Source of the DNA: Eledone cirrhosa
Lineage: Eukaryota
Direction: 5' to 3'
Assembly: GCA_964016885.1 (NCBI GenBank)
Contig: OZ024754.1
Coordinates: 6,820,001 to 6,884,000 of the forward strand
Length of the DNA: 64,000 bases
Shown here: positions 13,960 to 29,577 of the stretch, piece after piece
Layout of the letters: every line of letters begins with the position of its first letter
Numbering within the stretch: the stretch's first letter is position 1
Position numbers and translations under genes: made by a program
Notes under the pieces: model-generated
Database searches by the model: none
The model's input: the letters and a program-made list of their open reading frames with translations, nothing else
What the model was told of the DNA's origin: nothing

Positions 13960-14168
13960 GGGGCCTTAGTGTCAGTAGAAATATGCTGAACTGGAGGGGG
14001 CTGGGGCCTTAGTGTCAGGAGAAATATGCTGAACTGGAGGGGGCTGGGGCCTTAGTGTCAGGAGAAATATGCTGAACTGGAGGGGGCTGGGGCCTTAGTG
14101 TCAGTAGAAATATGCTGAACTGGAGGGGGCTGGGGCCTTAGTGTCAGGAGAAATATGCTGAACTGGAC
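13960..14168. repeat. 43-bp minisatellite, ~5 units
   Basis: ggggccttagtgtcaggagaaatatgctgaactggagggggct. Confidence 0.95.
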
Positions 14169-14329
14169 ATTTAGCTCCTCCTTATTGCAGCAAATCAAAT
14201 AGTTTATTGATTATATTGATTAATGATAGTTAAATGATGAAGACAGGCAGAAGGACCAACACAAGTTTGTCTTGTGAGGACATCTCAAGTTTACAGCAGT
14301 GAAATAACACGCTAACACTGCAACATTTC

Positions 14330-14426
14330 AACTATATACTAACTACTACCACTTACTACTACTACTACTAACACAACTATATACTAACTACTACTACTAC
14401 TACCACCACTTACTACTACTACCGCT

Positions 14427-14457
<31 letters not shown>

Positions 14458-15600
14458 GCTTACTACTACTACCACCACTTACTACTACTAACAACTATAT
14501 ACTAACTACTATTACTATTACTACTTACTACTACTATTATTAGTACTAACACCACCACTACTACTACTATTATTACTACTAACACAACTACTACTATTAC
14601 CACTACCACTACTATTATTGCTACTACTACTACTGCTTCTACTACTACTAATACTACCACCACTACTGTTACTACTACCACTACCACCACCGCCACTACT
14701 ACCACCACCACCACCGCCACTACTACCACAACCACCACCACCACCACCACCATCACTACAGTCAGTACTGTTGCCACCACAACCAAAAATTCAATCACAG
14801 TCATTACAGCACTACAAACAACACACCTATCATGGCACAACCAACACATTAATCCCAATTGCAATATCACAACCACTACATACAACCACCACTACACCAC
14901 ACCACTACATACAACCACCACTACACCACACCACTACATACAACAGCCACCACACCACACCACTACATACAACCACCACACCACTACATACAACAGCCAC
15001 CACACCACACCTACAATATCACAACCACTACATACAACCACCACTACACCACACCACTACATACAACCACCACTACACCACACCACTACATACAACAGCC
15101 ACCACACCACACCACTACATACAACCACTACATACAACCACCACACCACTACATACAACAGCCACCACACCACACCTACAATATCACAACCACTACATAC
15201 AACCACCACTACACCACACCACTACATACAACAGCCACTACACCACACCACTACATACAATCACCACTACACCACACCACTACATACAACAGCCACTACA
15301 CCACACCACTACATACAACCACCACTACACCACACCACTACATACAACAGCCACTACACCACACCACTACATACAACCACCACTACATACAACAGCCACT
15401 ACACCACACCACTACATACAACCACCACACCACAACATACAACCACCACACTATAACCACTACAACCACCACACTATAACCACCACACCACAACTACAAC
15501 CACTACAACCACCACACCACAACTACAACCACTACAACCACCACACTACAACCACCACACCACAACTACAACCACTACAACCACCACACCACATCCATCA
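14330..15600. repeat. Compound ACT/ACC low-complexity repeat and accacaccactacatacaac minisatellite
   Basis: Directly visible. Confidence 0.9.
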
Positions 15601-17312
15601 CAAGAAGGCAATGGTTCACTGAAAGAGTTAAAACCACACTAGAGAGGAGGGCAGGCAGTGTACATCAATATTTTTTGTTAATCTATTTCAGCTTCAGGAA
15701 AAAAATAGCTTCTTTTTTTCTATTTATTGAGAAAGAATCTTAATCAGTAAACAAGTCAATTCTATAGATATGTAACCAACCAGCCATGGCAGGCATACGT
15801 CACTGCATCTGCAGGATAGATTGCACCATTACTGTGCAATTGTGTTTTTACAGAGGAAAATACAAACAAATGTATCTGCTTCAGTTCACAATTCAATAAA
15901 CTTGATTTATTCCCCTTTGTGAACTTTCTGTACTTAAGCTTATATCTTGATGCCGACCATTACTAAATTGTCCTAAATTCGACTTGTCCTGTACCACATG
16001 AAACCACATTAGCAAGATATTCTTAAAGTAAAGTCTTGTCTTAAGCCAGTAGACTTGTTAGACCGGTGCTTATCCCGGTTTCATGGCATGAAGCGACTGA
16101 GAGTACAAGACTCCCTCCTGGACCAGTCCATCACTGGGTTAAATCCCCAGCTATTGCTGGTACTCATTTTCAGCTGAGTATACTGGATCAACATGAAATA
16201 AAGTGTTTTGCTTAAGAACACAACATGCAACCCAGCCCAGGAATCAAACCCATGACATCATGGTCTAACACTAGGCCACAGGCCTCCATGAGATAAGTCT
16301 TGGAAAGTAAATTATATAATTTCAGTATGATTGCATCACATTAATAAAAATAAAATCTTTAGTTTACTGCAAATATTCAGAAAGATCTGACTACTAGAAA
16401 AAAAAAATACTGTAAATGTGATTGACATTAGGAAGGGCATCCAGCCATAGAAACCAAACCAGAAACAGGTCAGTATGAGCAAGGCATGGTCACCTGATAG
16501 GACTCGTTTCACAATGCGACAACTCATCTAACCTATACTAGTGTGGAAAATGCTGAAAATGCTGATGATTTGAATTAGCAAACCTGCTATTAGATATATT
16601 CTGCTAAATGATTCCGGGATGTTAAGAGTTAAGGATGGAAGATGGAGCAAGTATTTTATGACAAGACCTCAAAACCAGACAAATGTCACTTGTAGTGTAG
16701 TTAGTTAATATGGTAATATCTATCAGTCTTTCACACATAGTCTCTCTTCCTCTCACTGTATTTCTCTCTCAACAATTCATATGAGGAAAAAATAGTTTCA
16801 GTTTATAAAGATTTTGGATGACGTATCGACCTTCAGGAACGAATTAAATTCATGAACCAAGATTTCACTGTGTTTTATTATTTCCATCTTTGACCATATA
16901 CATCAAAGTTCCCACCCCTACCCAACATGTCGTGGGTGGACATCTCTGAAGACAAACAGACAGACATCCTCAACAAGGATATAAAGAACAGCTATTAGGA
17001 GGAGCCAAGACATGCTACCGAAATACTATAATGTGTAATTAAAGGAGGAACTGATAGCAAGTAAGTAAGCTTAATGTTTAGTCCGATCAAATTTCCATCT
17101 CCATGGCAACAACTCCCAATGGTCCGACAACGTATAAACAACAAAGATACATAAAATAAAATAAAATAAAATAGAAAAAACCAGAAATGAATGGACACTT
17201 TCTAGTCCAGAGTAACACAACAGAAAAGAAAATGGCTGACAGAGCAAAACAAGTAAAAATAGACAAATCAATAAACATGAGTGAGATAAAAATAATTTCA
17301 ACTAATTTCTAG

Positions 17313-17816
17313 TTGGTGATGATGATGATGGTGGTGATGATGGTGATGGTGGTGGTGGTGGTTGTAGTGGTGGTGATGGTGGTGGTTGTGGTGGTGATGG
17401 TGGTGGTTGTGGTGATGATGATGATGGTGGTGATGATGGTAGTGGCGATGGTGTTTGTGGTGATGGTGGTTGTGGTGATGATGATGGTGGTGGTGGTGAT
17501 GGAGGTGTTGATAATGGTTGTGGTGGTGGTGATGGTGGTGATAGTGGTGATGGTGGAGGTGTTAATGATGGTGGTGGTGGTGATAATGGATGTGTTAATG
17601 ATAGTGATGATGGTGGTGATGGATGTGACAGCAGTGATAGTGTTGGTGGAGGTGGTGGTGTGGAGGAGGTGTTAATGTTGATGGTGGTGGTGACAGCAGT
17701 GATAGTGTTGATGGTGGTGGTGGAGATGACAGCAGTGATAGTGTTGATGGTGGTGGAGGTGGTGGAGGTGACAGCAGTGATAGTGGTGGTGGTGGTGGAG
17801 GTGGTGGAGGTGGTGT
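17313..17816. repeat. (GGT/GAT)n cryptic microsatellite
   Basis: Directly visible. Confidence 0.9.
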
Positions 17817-20049
17817 TCCAGTCACAATAATGAAAGTAAAAGTGTCAGCCATGGCAGAATCGTTAGAGGGTCTGACGCCATGCTTTGCAGCATAGAGTTA
17901 CGGCCCTTTCCATTCTGAGTTCAAATCCCGCCGAGGTTAACTTTGCCTTTCATCCTTACGGGGTCGATAAAATAAAGCACCAGTAATACACTGGGGTAAT
18001 TGCTGGCCTTGTACCAAAAGTAGAAACAATTATTTAGACTGCTACTTTCACTAAATAAATCCAGATAATCATAAACACCATCACCATCATCCTCAACACC
18101 ACCATCACCATCATCACCATCATCATCAACACCACCATCAACATCAACACCACCATCATCAACACCATCACCATCACCATCACCACCATCTTTTATGTCT
18201 GCTTTTCATGCTGTCGTGGGTTGGATGGGTTGTAACCATCCAAACAAATCAATTCTTATTCGAGGTTATTGTCCCCATCACCATCATCACCATCAACATC
18301 ACCACCATCACCATCCCCATCACCACCATCATCATCAACATCATCATTTATGTCTGCTTTTCATGTTGTCGTGGGTTGGATGGGTTGTAACCATCCAAAC
18401 AAATCAATACTTATTCGAGGTTATTGCTCTCCTAGACAGATCAATGGACTACCTTCTATTTTTGGCGTGGGTTTTACAGCTGGATGCCCTTTCTATATTC
18501 TATTGATATATTTTAAAACATCGATCATTATTTCATCCTCATTTGTGGGAGCAGGCTTGTTTTCAAGATGGCAGCAACAATGAATAAATAATTCTGTTTA
18601 TATCTAAATATAATTGACTTAATTCAATATCATTTGGATTTAATTGACTGGAAACTATTGCTACTTTTGTCATTAATTTCTCTTTGTCGTGGATTGACAG
18701 TATCGGTAGAGCGTTGGACGCCATGCTTTGATGCATACAGTTACGGCCCTTGCCATTCTGAGTTCAAATCCTACATAATATCGAGTCTATGAGATTTTGA
18801 TATTATTTATTTTGGCAGTATCGGTAGAGGGATCGGACGCCATGCTTTGCAGCAAAGAGTTACGGCCCTTTATGGTCTGAGTTCAAATCCCGCCGAGGTT
18901 AACTTTACCTTTCATCCTTACGGGGTTGATAAAATAAAGTACCAGTAATACACTGATATAATTGCTGGCCTTGTGCCAAAAGTAGAAAATTATTTACTTG
19001 AGAACAATACCTTAACATCAGTATGAGCAGCCAGTTACAGCCAGTTAGAACAGAAAGAGATGAGAGAATTTTGGCTAGTTTAAATGCTAAAGGGATACCC
19101 CTTTAGCATTTACATTACTCTATATATACTATTGTATTTTCATGGTAAACACTTTATCTCACATCATATCGAATCTATGAGATTTTGATATTATTTATTT
19201 TGAGAACAATACCTTAACATCAGTATGAGCTTCTGGTTATGGCCAGTTTGAACAGAAAGAGGTGAGAGAATTCTGGCTGGATATGGCCAGTTTAAATGCT
19301 AAAGGGTTAAGTTAGTAAACCACCTGAAATCACTCCTCCTAACTCTATAATACAAAGATATTTATTTCAAAGTGTTTATCATCATCATCATTTTATGTTT
19401 ATTGTTCCACTCTTGCATGGGTTGGACAGATCTTTCTCAGTACGGCATCTCTCCACTTGTTGCATTCCTTTGTCATCTCCTCTGTGATCTCCTGCTATCT
19501 GAGATCAGCTCTCACCACTTTAACATGAAACTACAATAGTAAATATAAAGTAATGTAAATGGTAAAAGGGTAACCCATTAGCATTTAAACTGGCCAAAAT
19601 TCTCTCACTTCTTTCTATTCAAATCGGCTGTAACTGGCCGCTCAAACTTATGTTATAGCATTGTTCTCAAAATAAATAGTATCAAAATCTTATAGATTTG
19701 ATATTAATGAAGATATAGCCTTTACCATGAAAATACAATAGTAAATATAGAGTAATGTAAATACTAAAGGGTTAACTTTATTTGACCCCACCATACCTTA
19801 TATATCAATGCTACATATCTCTTGGTCCATACCCAACTTCTTCTCTTGCTATTGATCATCTGCATTCATCACTTGTGTTTTACAGTAGTATGACATCATA
19901 GTTTCTTTAATCACAGCAAGTTCTCTATTGCTGTTATAAAATATACAGCATCACTGACACATATCATAGGTTTTTTTTTTTTAATCTCTCTTGATACCAA
20001 ACCACTTGAAAACACCTCTGGTTTGACAATACAAAACTGTTTGTTTTAA

Positions 20050-20269
20050 CCCTTTAGCATTTACATTACTCTATATTTACTATTGTATTTTTGTGGTAAA
20101 CACTTTACCTCACATAATATCTCATATAATATTAAATCTACGAGATTTTGATGTTATTTATTTTGAGAATAATACCTTTACATCAGTATGAGTGGTCAGT
20201 TACAACTAATTTGAACAGGAAGAGGTGAGAGAATTCTGGCCGGATATGGCCGGTTTAAATGCTAAAGGG
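20050..20269. mobile_element. piggyBac-type MITE copy
   Basis: Intact TIRs with TTAA on both sides. Confidence 0.85.
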
Positions 20270-21629
20270 TTAAAGTGTTTATATTTATCTAAAAACCTTC
20301 TATCACAATTTTATGCAAGGACCTTTGTTAAGTTCCAAACAACAGCTTAATAATGAGAATGTTACTAATATTACTGAATTCTTTCAAATTCTTGATTATT
20401 TTTTAAATTACTTGAAAATCATAGACAGTGTCTTTCATTAGAAATATGGCAATGAAAGCGTTAATCATCATCATCATCATCACCGTTTTACGTCCGTTCT
20501 TCCACGCTAGCATGGGTTAGACGGGTTTTCCTGTTGTGGGCAGTGTCTGGTCGGCTGACCATGCCTTGCTCATACAGGAACTGATTTGGCTTGATTTCTA
20601 CAGCTGGATGCCCTTCCTAACACCAACCTCATTTACAGTGAGTGCTGGGTGCTTTTTCGTGGCGCCTACACGTCCACTTTACAGTGGTGCTGGGTGCTGG
20701 GTGCTTTTTTGCCGTGGCACCTCATAATCTTCAATCATAATTCTATGTAAGAACCTTTCTTAAGTTATGTTCCAAACAACAGCTTAATAATGAGAACGTT
20801 ACTCATATTACTGAATTCTTTCAAATTTCTTGATTATTTTTAAAATGGACATTAAACGCTGATCATGAAGATATATGAATGTGTGTGCGTAACTGGCTTC
20901 CATAGTAAATTCCCCCACAAGGCGTTGTTGGTTAGCTTGAGGCTATAGTACAAGACACTTGTCCAAAGAACCACATACAGTAGAATTGAACTCAAAAACA
21001 CATGATTGTGAAACGAACTTCTTTACCACATAGCCGTGATTGAATTCCAACAAATATTCACAGCTTCCAATGGCTTCTCTTTGATATTTCAGCAGAAAAG
21101 ATTTTAGATTAATCATCAGAAAAACATGAAAATCAAATATTCTATATTGGATCTGAAAAAGAATTAATCAAATGAGAGTATGCTCTCTCCTGCAGGAGTC
21201 GCAATTGCAAATAATTCCAGCAGATCCATGTTGTTACAAGATACCAATCAAGAATTTAGAGGGATTTAGTAATATAATTAACCTTCTCATCATCTGGTTT
21301 GCGCTAGGAACATAATCTAACAAATATTCTTACATAAAATTATGATGGAAGTTTGTTTTTTTATACCAAACTGCCTGAAACCTTCCTGTTAATTTTAAAA
21401 TATTTAGATTGTTTGGATTTATCTAAAAAAAAACAGCAAGCCATAGCCAATGGCCAAAGGTCCTTTCGGTCATTCATTCTCCTTCAATTTTCTAACACCC
21501 TCCTCTCCTTAGAATCCTTGCTGTTCCTAGCAAGGCTGTCTTCTGTAACAATCCTGTCCTGATGGTAATTCCTAGCTTCTCAAGCCATGCATCCGACCTT
21601 TTACTAACTGCTACAAGTTACCAACCCCA

Positions 21630-21660
<31 letters not shown>

Positions 21661-22404
21661 GGGTGGTGGATTGGCAGCAGTATCGGTAGAGCATCAGACA
21701 CCATGCTTTACAGCATAGAGTTATGGCCCTTTACGTTCTGAATTCAAATCCCGTCGCGGTTAGCTTTGCCTTTCATCCTTACAGGGTCGATAAAAGAAAG
21801 TACCAGTAATGCACTGGGGAAATTGCTGGCCTTGTGCCTAAAGTAGAAACAATTATTAAGGCGGTGGATTGGCAGCAGTACCGGTAGAGCGCCGGACACC
21901 ATGCTTTACAGCATAGAGTTATGGCCCTTTACGTTCTGAATTCATCCTTACAGGGTTAATAAAATAAAGTACCAGTAACACACTGAGGTCAATATAATCG
22001 ACTCCCCCCCCTCTACCAAAATTGCCTTTAGTAGAAATCCTTATTATTATCATTATTGTTGTTGTTGTTGTACTAGCACAGCTATAATGAACTGCAAATT
22101 ATATCCAGAGAGATTACATTCAAAGCTACACCAAAACATTAATTTCCTCTCCGATATGGAAAGAGGGAGAAAAAAATATTGATCAATAATTATTAAGTAT
22201 TTGTTGATTTATTTTACATTTCTGATAGTTGTTGTTGTTGTTGATGATGGACTAGTAGTGGTTAGAGGGTCTAATGGAAAGAGAAGGTGATTCACCAGGG
22301 AGTTGTTCCCTTAAATAAAATGTATCTGGAAAATATAATCCGAATAAGACTTTGCTGTTATTGTACAAGGGTCAGCTGAAAGATTCATAGGCTGAATATG
22401 AAGC

Positions 22405-22915
22405 AGTGATGCTAGAGCTGTGAAATCTTGCATGCGTTAATTTAAACTCTTCTTCTTAATAACTGCATTCAACTCTGTTGAAAAATAAACCTCATTTGGT
22501 CATTGCATGAGAGTATCTTGGTTAGCCTATGAAGGAGTGATGCTAGAGCTGTGAAATCTTGCATGCATTAATTTCAACTCTTCTTATTAATAACTGCATT
22601 GTTTCTTTCCAGGGACTATGTTGAAAAATAAACCTCATTTGGTCATTGCATGAGAGTATCTTGGTTAGCCTATGAAGGAGTGATGCTAGAGCTGTGAAAT
22701 CTTGCATGCATTAATTTCAACTCTTCTTATTAATAACTGCATTGTTTCTTTCCAGGGACTATGTTGAAAAATAAACCTCATTTGGTCATTCCATGAGAGT
22801 ATCTTGGTTAGCCTATGAAGGAGTGATGCTAGAGCTGTGAAATCTTGCAAACGTTAATCTAAACTCTTCTTATTAATAACTGCATTGTTTCTTTCCAGGG
22901 ACCATGTTGAAAAAT
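22405..22915. repeat. ~143-bp tandem repeat, ~3.5 units
   Basis: agtgatgctagagctgtgaaatcttgca recurs at ~22405, 22536, 22679 and 22822. Confidence 0.9.
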
Positions 22916-23032
22916 AGTGTGGAAGATGGACGTTAAACGAAGATGATTATATCTTGGTCAGCCTTTGAACTTTTCAGCCGACTCACATATGTTAGTAAAC
23001 AAGTATATATACAAGCACAGGCACACATGCAA

Positions 23033-23101
<69 letters not shown>

Positions 23102-23476
23102 AGTATATTTGAAAAAAGTGGGAAGAAGGACTTCCCTGCTGGTTGATGTTCTTAAATAATTCAAATCTTTACAATAAGTCGTTATTGATATTAGTTCTGG
23201 TAAGTTTTTATTGATAAAAGTCGTTATTAACTTCAAGGCTTTCAGAAAACACAAACCGAAACCATTTAGCGTCATGGTCAGGATTTTATATATCTCTATA
23301 CCGAATCTGCATCATCTCCCCCTGCTTCAAGTACTCCCATGATTGGTGATGTACTAGGTGTCAGCACCACATACTATATATATGTATATAAGACCCACTT
23401 CCTGCTACTTCAAGCATTAAACTAATATATTCCTTCCATATACTGTATCGTTTGTGTTGTTTTTTTTCTGTTTACC

Positions 23477-23517
<41 letters not shown>

Positions 23518-24144
23518 TACATACACACATATCATCATCATCATCGTTTAACGATACAGTATATATATAACTATACATAAATATATATATGTATAGTTAT
23601 AATTGAACTATTTGTATACAAATAAAATATTTTAGCTACCAGTGAAATGATTAGCAGATTTCAAAACAAATTAACATGACAATGAAAAGCACAGCTTATA
23701 CATACATACATACAGGCATGCATACAGACCTACATACATACGTATGTAAGTACCTACCTACCTACATACATACATGCATATATACCTACAGGCATGCATA
23801 CATACAGGCATGCATACATACATACGTATGTAAGTACCTACATACATACATGCATTTATACCTACATGCATACATACAGGCATGCATACATACAGACCTA
23901 CATACATACGCACATACATATTCATAGTATGTTATACAAAATGTACATTGCAGTTTATAAATATGTTTTGCTTCAGTGCTTACAGAGTTAGTTTTTTTCT
24001 CCCTCACACAAAGCTAAGCAGAACACTTGCTCAGAAGAAAGAATGAGAAATAAATACAATGTCCTCAATACTAAAAAAAACATTTGTTGGCAATGTAAGA
24101 AACTGCTTATATACAGGGCAGACCATAAGTAGCTTGGTATTTTC

Positions 24145-24960
24145 CACACTGTAAACGTGGTTGGTGTTAGGAAGGACATCTAGCTGTAAACATCCCAACT
24201 AAAATACAGTTCTGTCCAGCAAGGTACAGTGTGGTCAGCTGGCCAGACTTGTCTCATGTCAGGATCACCAAGGTTCACACTGTAAACGTGGTTGGTGTTA
24301 GGAAGGACATCTAGCTGTAAACATCCCAACTAAAATACAGTTCTGTCCAGCAAGGTACAGTGTGGTCAGCTGGCCAGACTTGTCTCATGACAAGATCACC
24401 CAGATCCACACTTAACTTTGTTGGTGTTAGGAAGGACATCTAGCTGTAAACATCCCAACTAAAATACAGTTCTGTCCAGCAAGGTACAGTGTGGTCAGCT
24501 GGCCAGACTTGTCTCATGACAAGATCACCCAGATCCACACTTAACTTTGTTGGTGTTAGGAAGGACATCTAGCTGTAAACATCCCAACTAAAATACAGTT
24601 CTGTCCAGCAAGGTACAGTGTAGTCAGCTGGTCAGACTTGTCTCATGACAAGATCACCCAGGTTCACACTGTAAATGTGGTTGGTGTTAGGAAGGACATC
24701 TAGCTGTAAAAATCCCAGCTAAAATAGAGTTCTGTCCAGCAAGGTACAGTATGGTCAGCTGGCCAGACTTGTCTCATGACAGGATCACCCAGATCCACAC
24801 TTAACTTTGTTGGTGTTAGGAAGGACATCCAGCTGTAAACATCCCAGCCGGATCTGTCTGAGCAAGGTATAGTGCAGCCAGACTTTGCTCATGACATGGG
24901 CGACCCATCTAACCCATGCAAGCATGGAAAAATAAGACATTAAACAGTGAGGATAATGAT
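24145..24960. repeat. ~130-bp tandem repeat, ~6 units, derived from the RTE tail
   Basis: ggtgttaggaaggacatc recurs every ~130 bp; the array ends in the RTE-tail terminus. Confidence 0.9.
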
Positions 24961-25784
24961 AATTGTTTCTACTATAGGCACAAGGCCAGTAATTACCCCA
25001 GTGTATTACTGGTACTTTATTTTATCGACCCCGTAAGGGTGAAAGGCAAAGTTAACTTGGGCAGGATTTGAACTCAGACTGTAAAGGGCCGTAACTTTTT
25101 GCTGCAAAGCATGGTAATGATATACAGAGGAAGCCATAATTAGCTTATTGATTACTAGGAAACAATAATGCATTTCAAACATTTAACCCTTTAGCATTTA
25201 AACCAACCATATCCAGCCAGGATTCTCTAACCTCTTTCTGTTTAAACTGGCCATATATGGCTGCTCATACTGATGTTAAGGTATTGTTCTCAAAATAAAT
25301 AACATCAAAAATCTTGTAGACTCGATATTAACCCTTTAGCATTTACATTACTCTATATTTACTATTGCATTTTCACAATAAACACTTTATCTCACAAATT
25401 TTCTCACATAATATCGAAGCTATGAGATTTTGATGTTATTTATTTTGAGAACAATACTGTAACATTGGTATGAGTGGCCAATTTTGGCTGGTTTGAGCAG
25501 AAAGAGGTGAGAAAATTCTGGCCGGACATGGCTGGTTTAAGTGCTAAAGAGTTAAGTGAGATAAAGCCTTTCTCACAAAAATACAACAAAACTCACATGA
25601 ATTGTTTATGTATTATGTTTTGGAATAAAATTTAATATCACTTTAGTTTATGTTTTATTCACATTACTTAATAATAAACCAATAAATTAATTATAGGCCA
25701 CACTGTAGAAAGGCCAATCACAAGCCTTACTACAATGACAGTTGAATAAATTAACTAACCTTTATAGTATTATGTCCTTAATAT

Positions 25785-26178
25785 ATGCTGCTCTGAGACA
25801 CCCTGACTATATGCTTCTCTGAGATGCCCTCACTAATGCTGCTGCTAGATGCCCTCATATGCTGTTCAGAGATGTCTTCACTCTACACTGCTCAGAGACG
25901 CCCTCACTATATGCTGTTCAGAGACACCCTCACTATATGCTGTTCAGAGACACCCTCACTATATACTGCTCAGAGATGTCCTCACTCTACACTGCTCTAA
26001 GATGCCCTCACATGCTGCTTTGAGATGTCCTCACTATACACTGCTCAGAGACGCCCTCACTATACACTGCTCAGAGACGCCCTCACTATACACTGCTCAG
26101 AGACGCCCTCACTATACACTGCTCAGAGACGCCCTCACTATACACTGCTCAGAGACGCCCTCACTATATGCTGCTCAC
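25785..26178. repeat. 26-bp minisatellite
   Basis: ctcactatacactgctcagagacgcc. Confidence 0.9.
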
Positions 26179-26337
26179 AATTTGAAGTTAACTGAGTTAA
26201 ATAAATACTCCTGGTTATATTCACATTGACAACTTTAAGGAATAATTTTAACAAATCAATCACAAAATGTAAAACACTTTAATTTTCGACGTACCAATAA
26301 CGAAAGAATACCGTATAATACACAAATTAAATATATT

Positions 26338-26416
<79 letters not shown>

Positions 26417-27289
26417 CTCACACACACATATATACATGCACACATACACACATACACACACATGCAAGTTCGGAAATCAAAACAATAATACTTCAGAAGA
26501 TTCAATGTCATCGATTTCGTTATTGAAAAAAAAAGTGATGAATCGTTATGTTTAAGTATCAAACCTCTTGATAATTATGAAGATACGTGGTTAATTAACC
26601 TGCTAGAAATAAGAGCCAACTAATCCTCATATCACTCTCTATTGTCTTGGAAAAGGTGATGTATTAGACAATGTTGTTCTAGATACCTTTAAAAAGGGTG
26701 GATGGTCTTAGCTGGAATGCTTTTGATCATATCTAAAGTTGAAGTGTCTCAAACTCGGGGACTCATCAAATAGGTGCTTATCCCGATTTCATTGCCGTTA
26801 AGCGACTGAAAATACAAGACACCCTCCTGGAGAGGATGCTAGTCCAGCGTAGAGTTAACCCCTAACTACTGCTGGTACTAATTTTCTGTCCACTCGACCG
26901 TAGTAATGTGAAATGAAGTGTTTTGCACAATAACACAACACACAACCCTGTCCAACAATCGAACCCTCGTCATTACGATCTTAAGTCTAATCAAGGTTTA
27001 TTCACCTGTGGCTTGATGATTACACTCAAATCCCTCAGGTAGAAAGATATTTTTACATTAATCGCTAGATTTGTCGGTACTATAAGTCCTAGGACGTTTA
27101 GGATGCCGCTTATGTAACGAATGCCAAACACACTTTATTCGTCATTCTAGCATACACTAAACTTTGTTTTAGAAAATTCTTTAGGACACATAGAAAAGAA
27201 CGCAACATAAAAATAGACATCGTTCAAGATTTACTCAGGAGCATTATTGGTGAAGTATATACAGGGTATCCCTAAAATACCCACTATAC

Positions 27290-27513
27290 TACAGGGTATC
27301 CCAAAAATATGTATACACATTTTAGCAGGAAAAAAATACATTAAAATAAATTGTTTTATATACATTATTTGAATTATGTAAACATTTTTGGGTGTTTACA
27401 TACAATTGAATTATGTCTGTTGATCATTTTATTTTCGGGAAAGGTTGTGCATTCTAATAAATATTGCCTGTACAGGTAATAAAAGTATGTTTACATTTTT
27501 GGGGACACCCTGT
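27290..27513. mobile_element. Tc1/mariner-type MITE
   Basis: ta|cagggtatcccaaaaa ... tttttggggacaccctg|ta; an extra copy of the left end at ~27260. Confidence 0.65.
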
Positions 27514-27522
27514 ATGTATATG

Positions 27523-27574
<52 letters not shown>

Positions 27575-27742
27575 AGGAAAATATTTAACACCGACGGCAG
27601 ACCTCAAGCCGTTTCGACGGCTAATAGCCGTCGAAACGGTTGGAGCTCTGCCGTCGGGGTTAAACATTTTGCTATTACCCTAAGTATTGAGGAGTATTCT
27701 GGTGCGTTACGGTCCATCTGGTTCCTTACCACACCTCCTTCG

Positions 27743-27783
<41 letters not shown>

Positions 27784-29256
27784 GTATGTGTACAAACCAA
27801 TCAAGAAGAAAATATAGAAGATTAGTTCTAAACTAATAAATATATTTGTTCAAGAATTTAGCAATATTTTTTTAAATTATATATATATATAAATATATAT
27901 CGAAAGTGAATTAGAATTGAATGTTGTTGTTTAGCCATATGTTGATTCTGCTAATTGATGGTATAAGGCATTCCAGCCATGACCATCCCGTCTTTCACTG
28001 TGTACTGAAAACTCAAGAATACATTATACAACATATCCTTTTTTTTTTTTCAATGCTAAAGATGGATTTAGCTAGTATTTCTAGCAAGTTGATCGACCAC
28101 GTAGAGAGCCCCTTGTTTGGCTGACTGTATAAGGTTATGGATGCATGGAAAAGATGACGCAATCTAACTAGACAACTTTTTATTCGTCATTTTATAGCCA
28201 CAATAACAAAAGATTTTACATTGAATGAACATTGCGGCATTCATAGCTTTCCACAAGGTCCGAAGCAAACAACACAACTAAAGCGATTGAAATTAAGAAG
28301 CGAAATCGGATAGTCGATTTCGTTTTACAAGGATAGCGGAAAAAATAAAGAGAAAAGAAAGTTTGATTTCTTCATTAAACTGACAAAAAAAAATTAAAAT
28401 TTTATAGGGATGAGGTAAGGGGATCGAGAATCTCTGGCCTTCATGCTTTTCTATGAGTTAGCGACTTAAATACTATGTATTAACTGATTCTAAACAAACT
28501 GAAACAAAGTCGCGAAAAATGTTAAATTACATGTTGCATTGGTTAAAGGAGGTCGATAGTCTTTTAAGCTTTAGACACAATGCGGAGAGTTTCAGCTGTC
28601 GAACAAGGGATGGATGCTTAAACCTATCAACGTAATTAACTCATCACCGACTTGTTCATTTCTGTAATATCTATTTCAATGTCTTCTGCTTTTTTCTACA
28701 GAGATTTTCAACGGAATAAGGCGTTAACAGCATTAAGGGCACCTGCATCAGCTTTATAAAAGTTTATATATATGTGTGTATGTGTACACATACATATAAT
28801 ACGTAGTCTTTAAAACATTCAAATATTAACTGGATGAGCACTCAATAGTGGTAGATTGGATATAGAAATTTATTTTCTAAGTAGAAAAGTGGCAAGTGAC
28901 TTCGAATTTCAGCTATATAGAGGAGTACTGATATTGTTTTAAAACAGAACAGCGAACACACATTACACTTTGCAGCAAAAGAATACACATGAACCGGTGC
29001 GGCGCATTAAAAAAAAATCTCATGTTTCCCGACTGGCTGCAAAAACTCGTGGCACCTTTTTATTAATTCTCGTACACAACAGAAAAACTGTCGGCTGTCA
29101 AAACACGATACGTTTTCATATCACCGGAGGAAAGGATTGTGTCGTTTCCATAAGTTGATCTGTTTGCACCGCATCTGGGACTTTATTTTACTTCTGCTAT
29201 TCCGAAAGGGATGCTTTAATTTCAATAAAGGAGTCGATGTTCTGTCTACACAAGAT

Positions 29257-29293
<37 letters not shown>

Positions 29294-29577
29294 ATCAGAA
29301 ATGAAAGAAAACTACCCGACCACAATAGAGAAGAATATTCGCTCGATCTACTAGAAATAGCAGTTAAACTTTCCTCAAACCACACCCTAGTCTTGAAAAA
29401 CGAGGGATGCATTAGACAATGTAGTCATAAATACACCATTCCCTAGTACGAGATTGTCACATCTGGAATGCCTTTCATAATATGCCTGCACGATCAGCGC
29501 TGAATTAGGGATACACAACAAAAGAGATGGGGATTTATATATAAGAGACAAAAGAAATAATATTTAAGTAGACTTAC

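Noticed and set aside
14618-15622. 334-aa His/Thr/Pro-rich ORF resembling a structural or mucin-like protein
   Set aside because: ACC/ACT low-complexity repeat, open in several frames, non-ATG start, no splice context.
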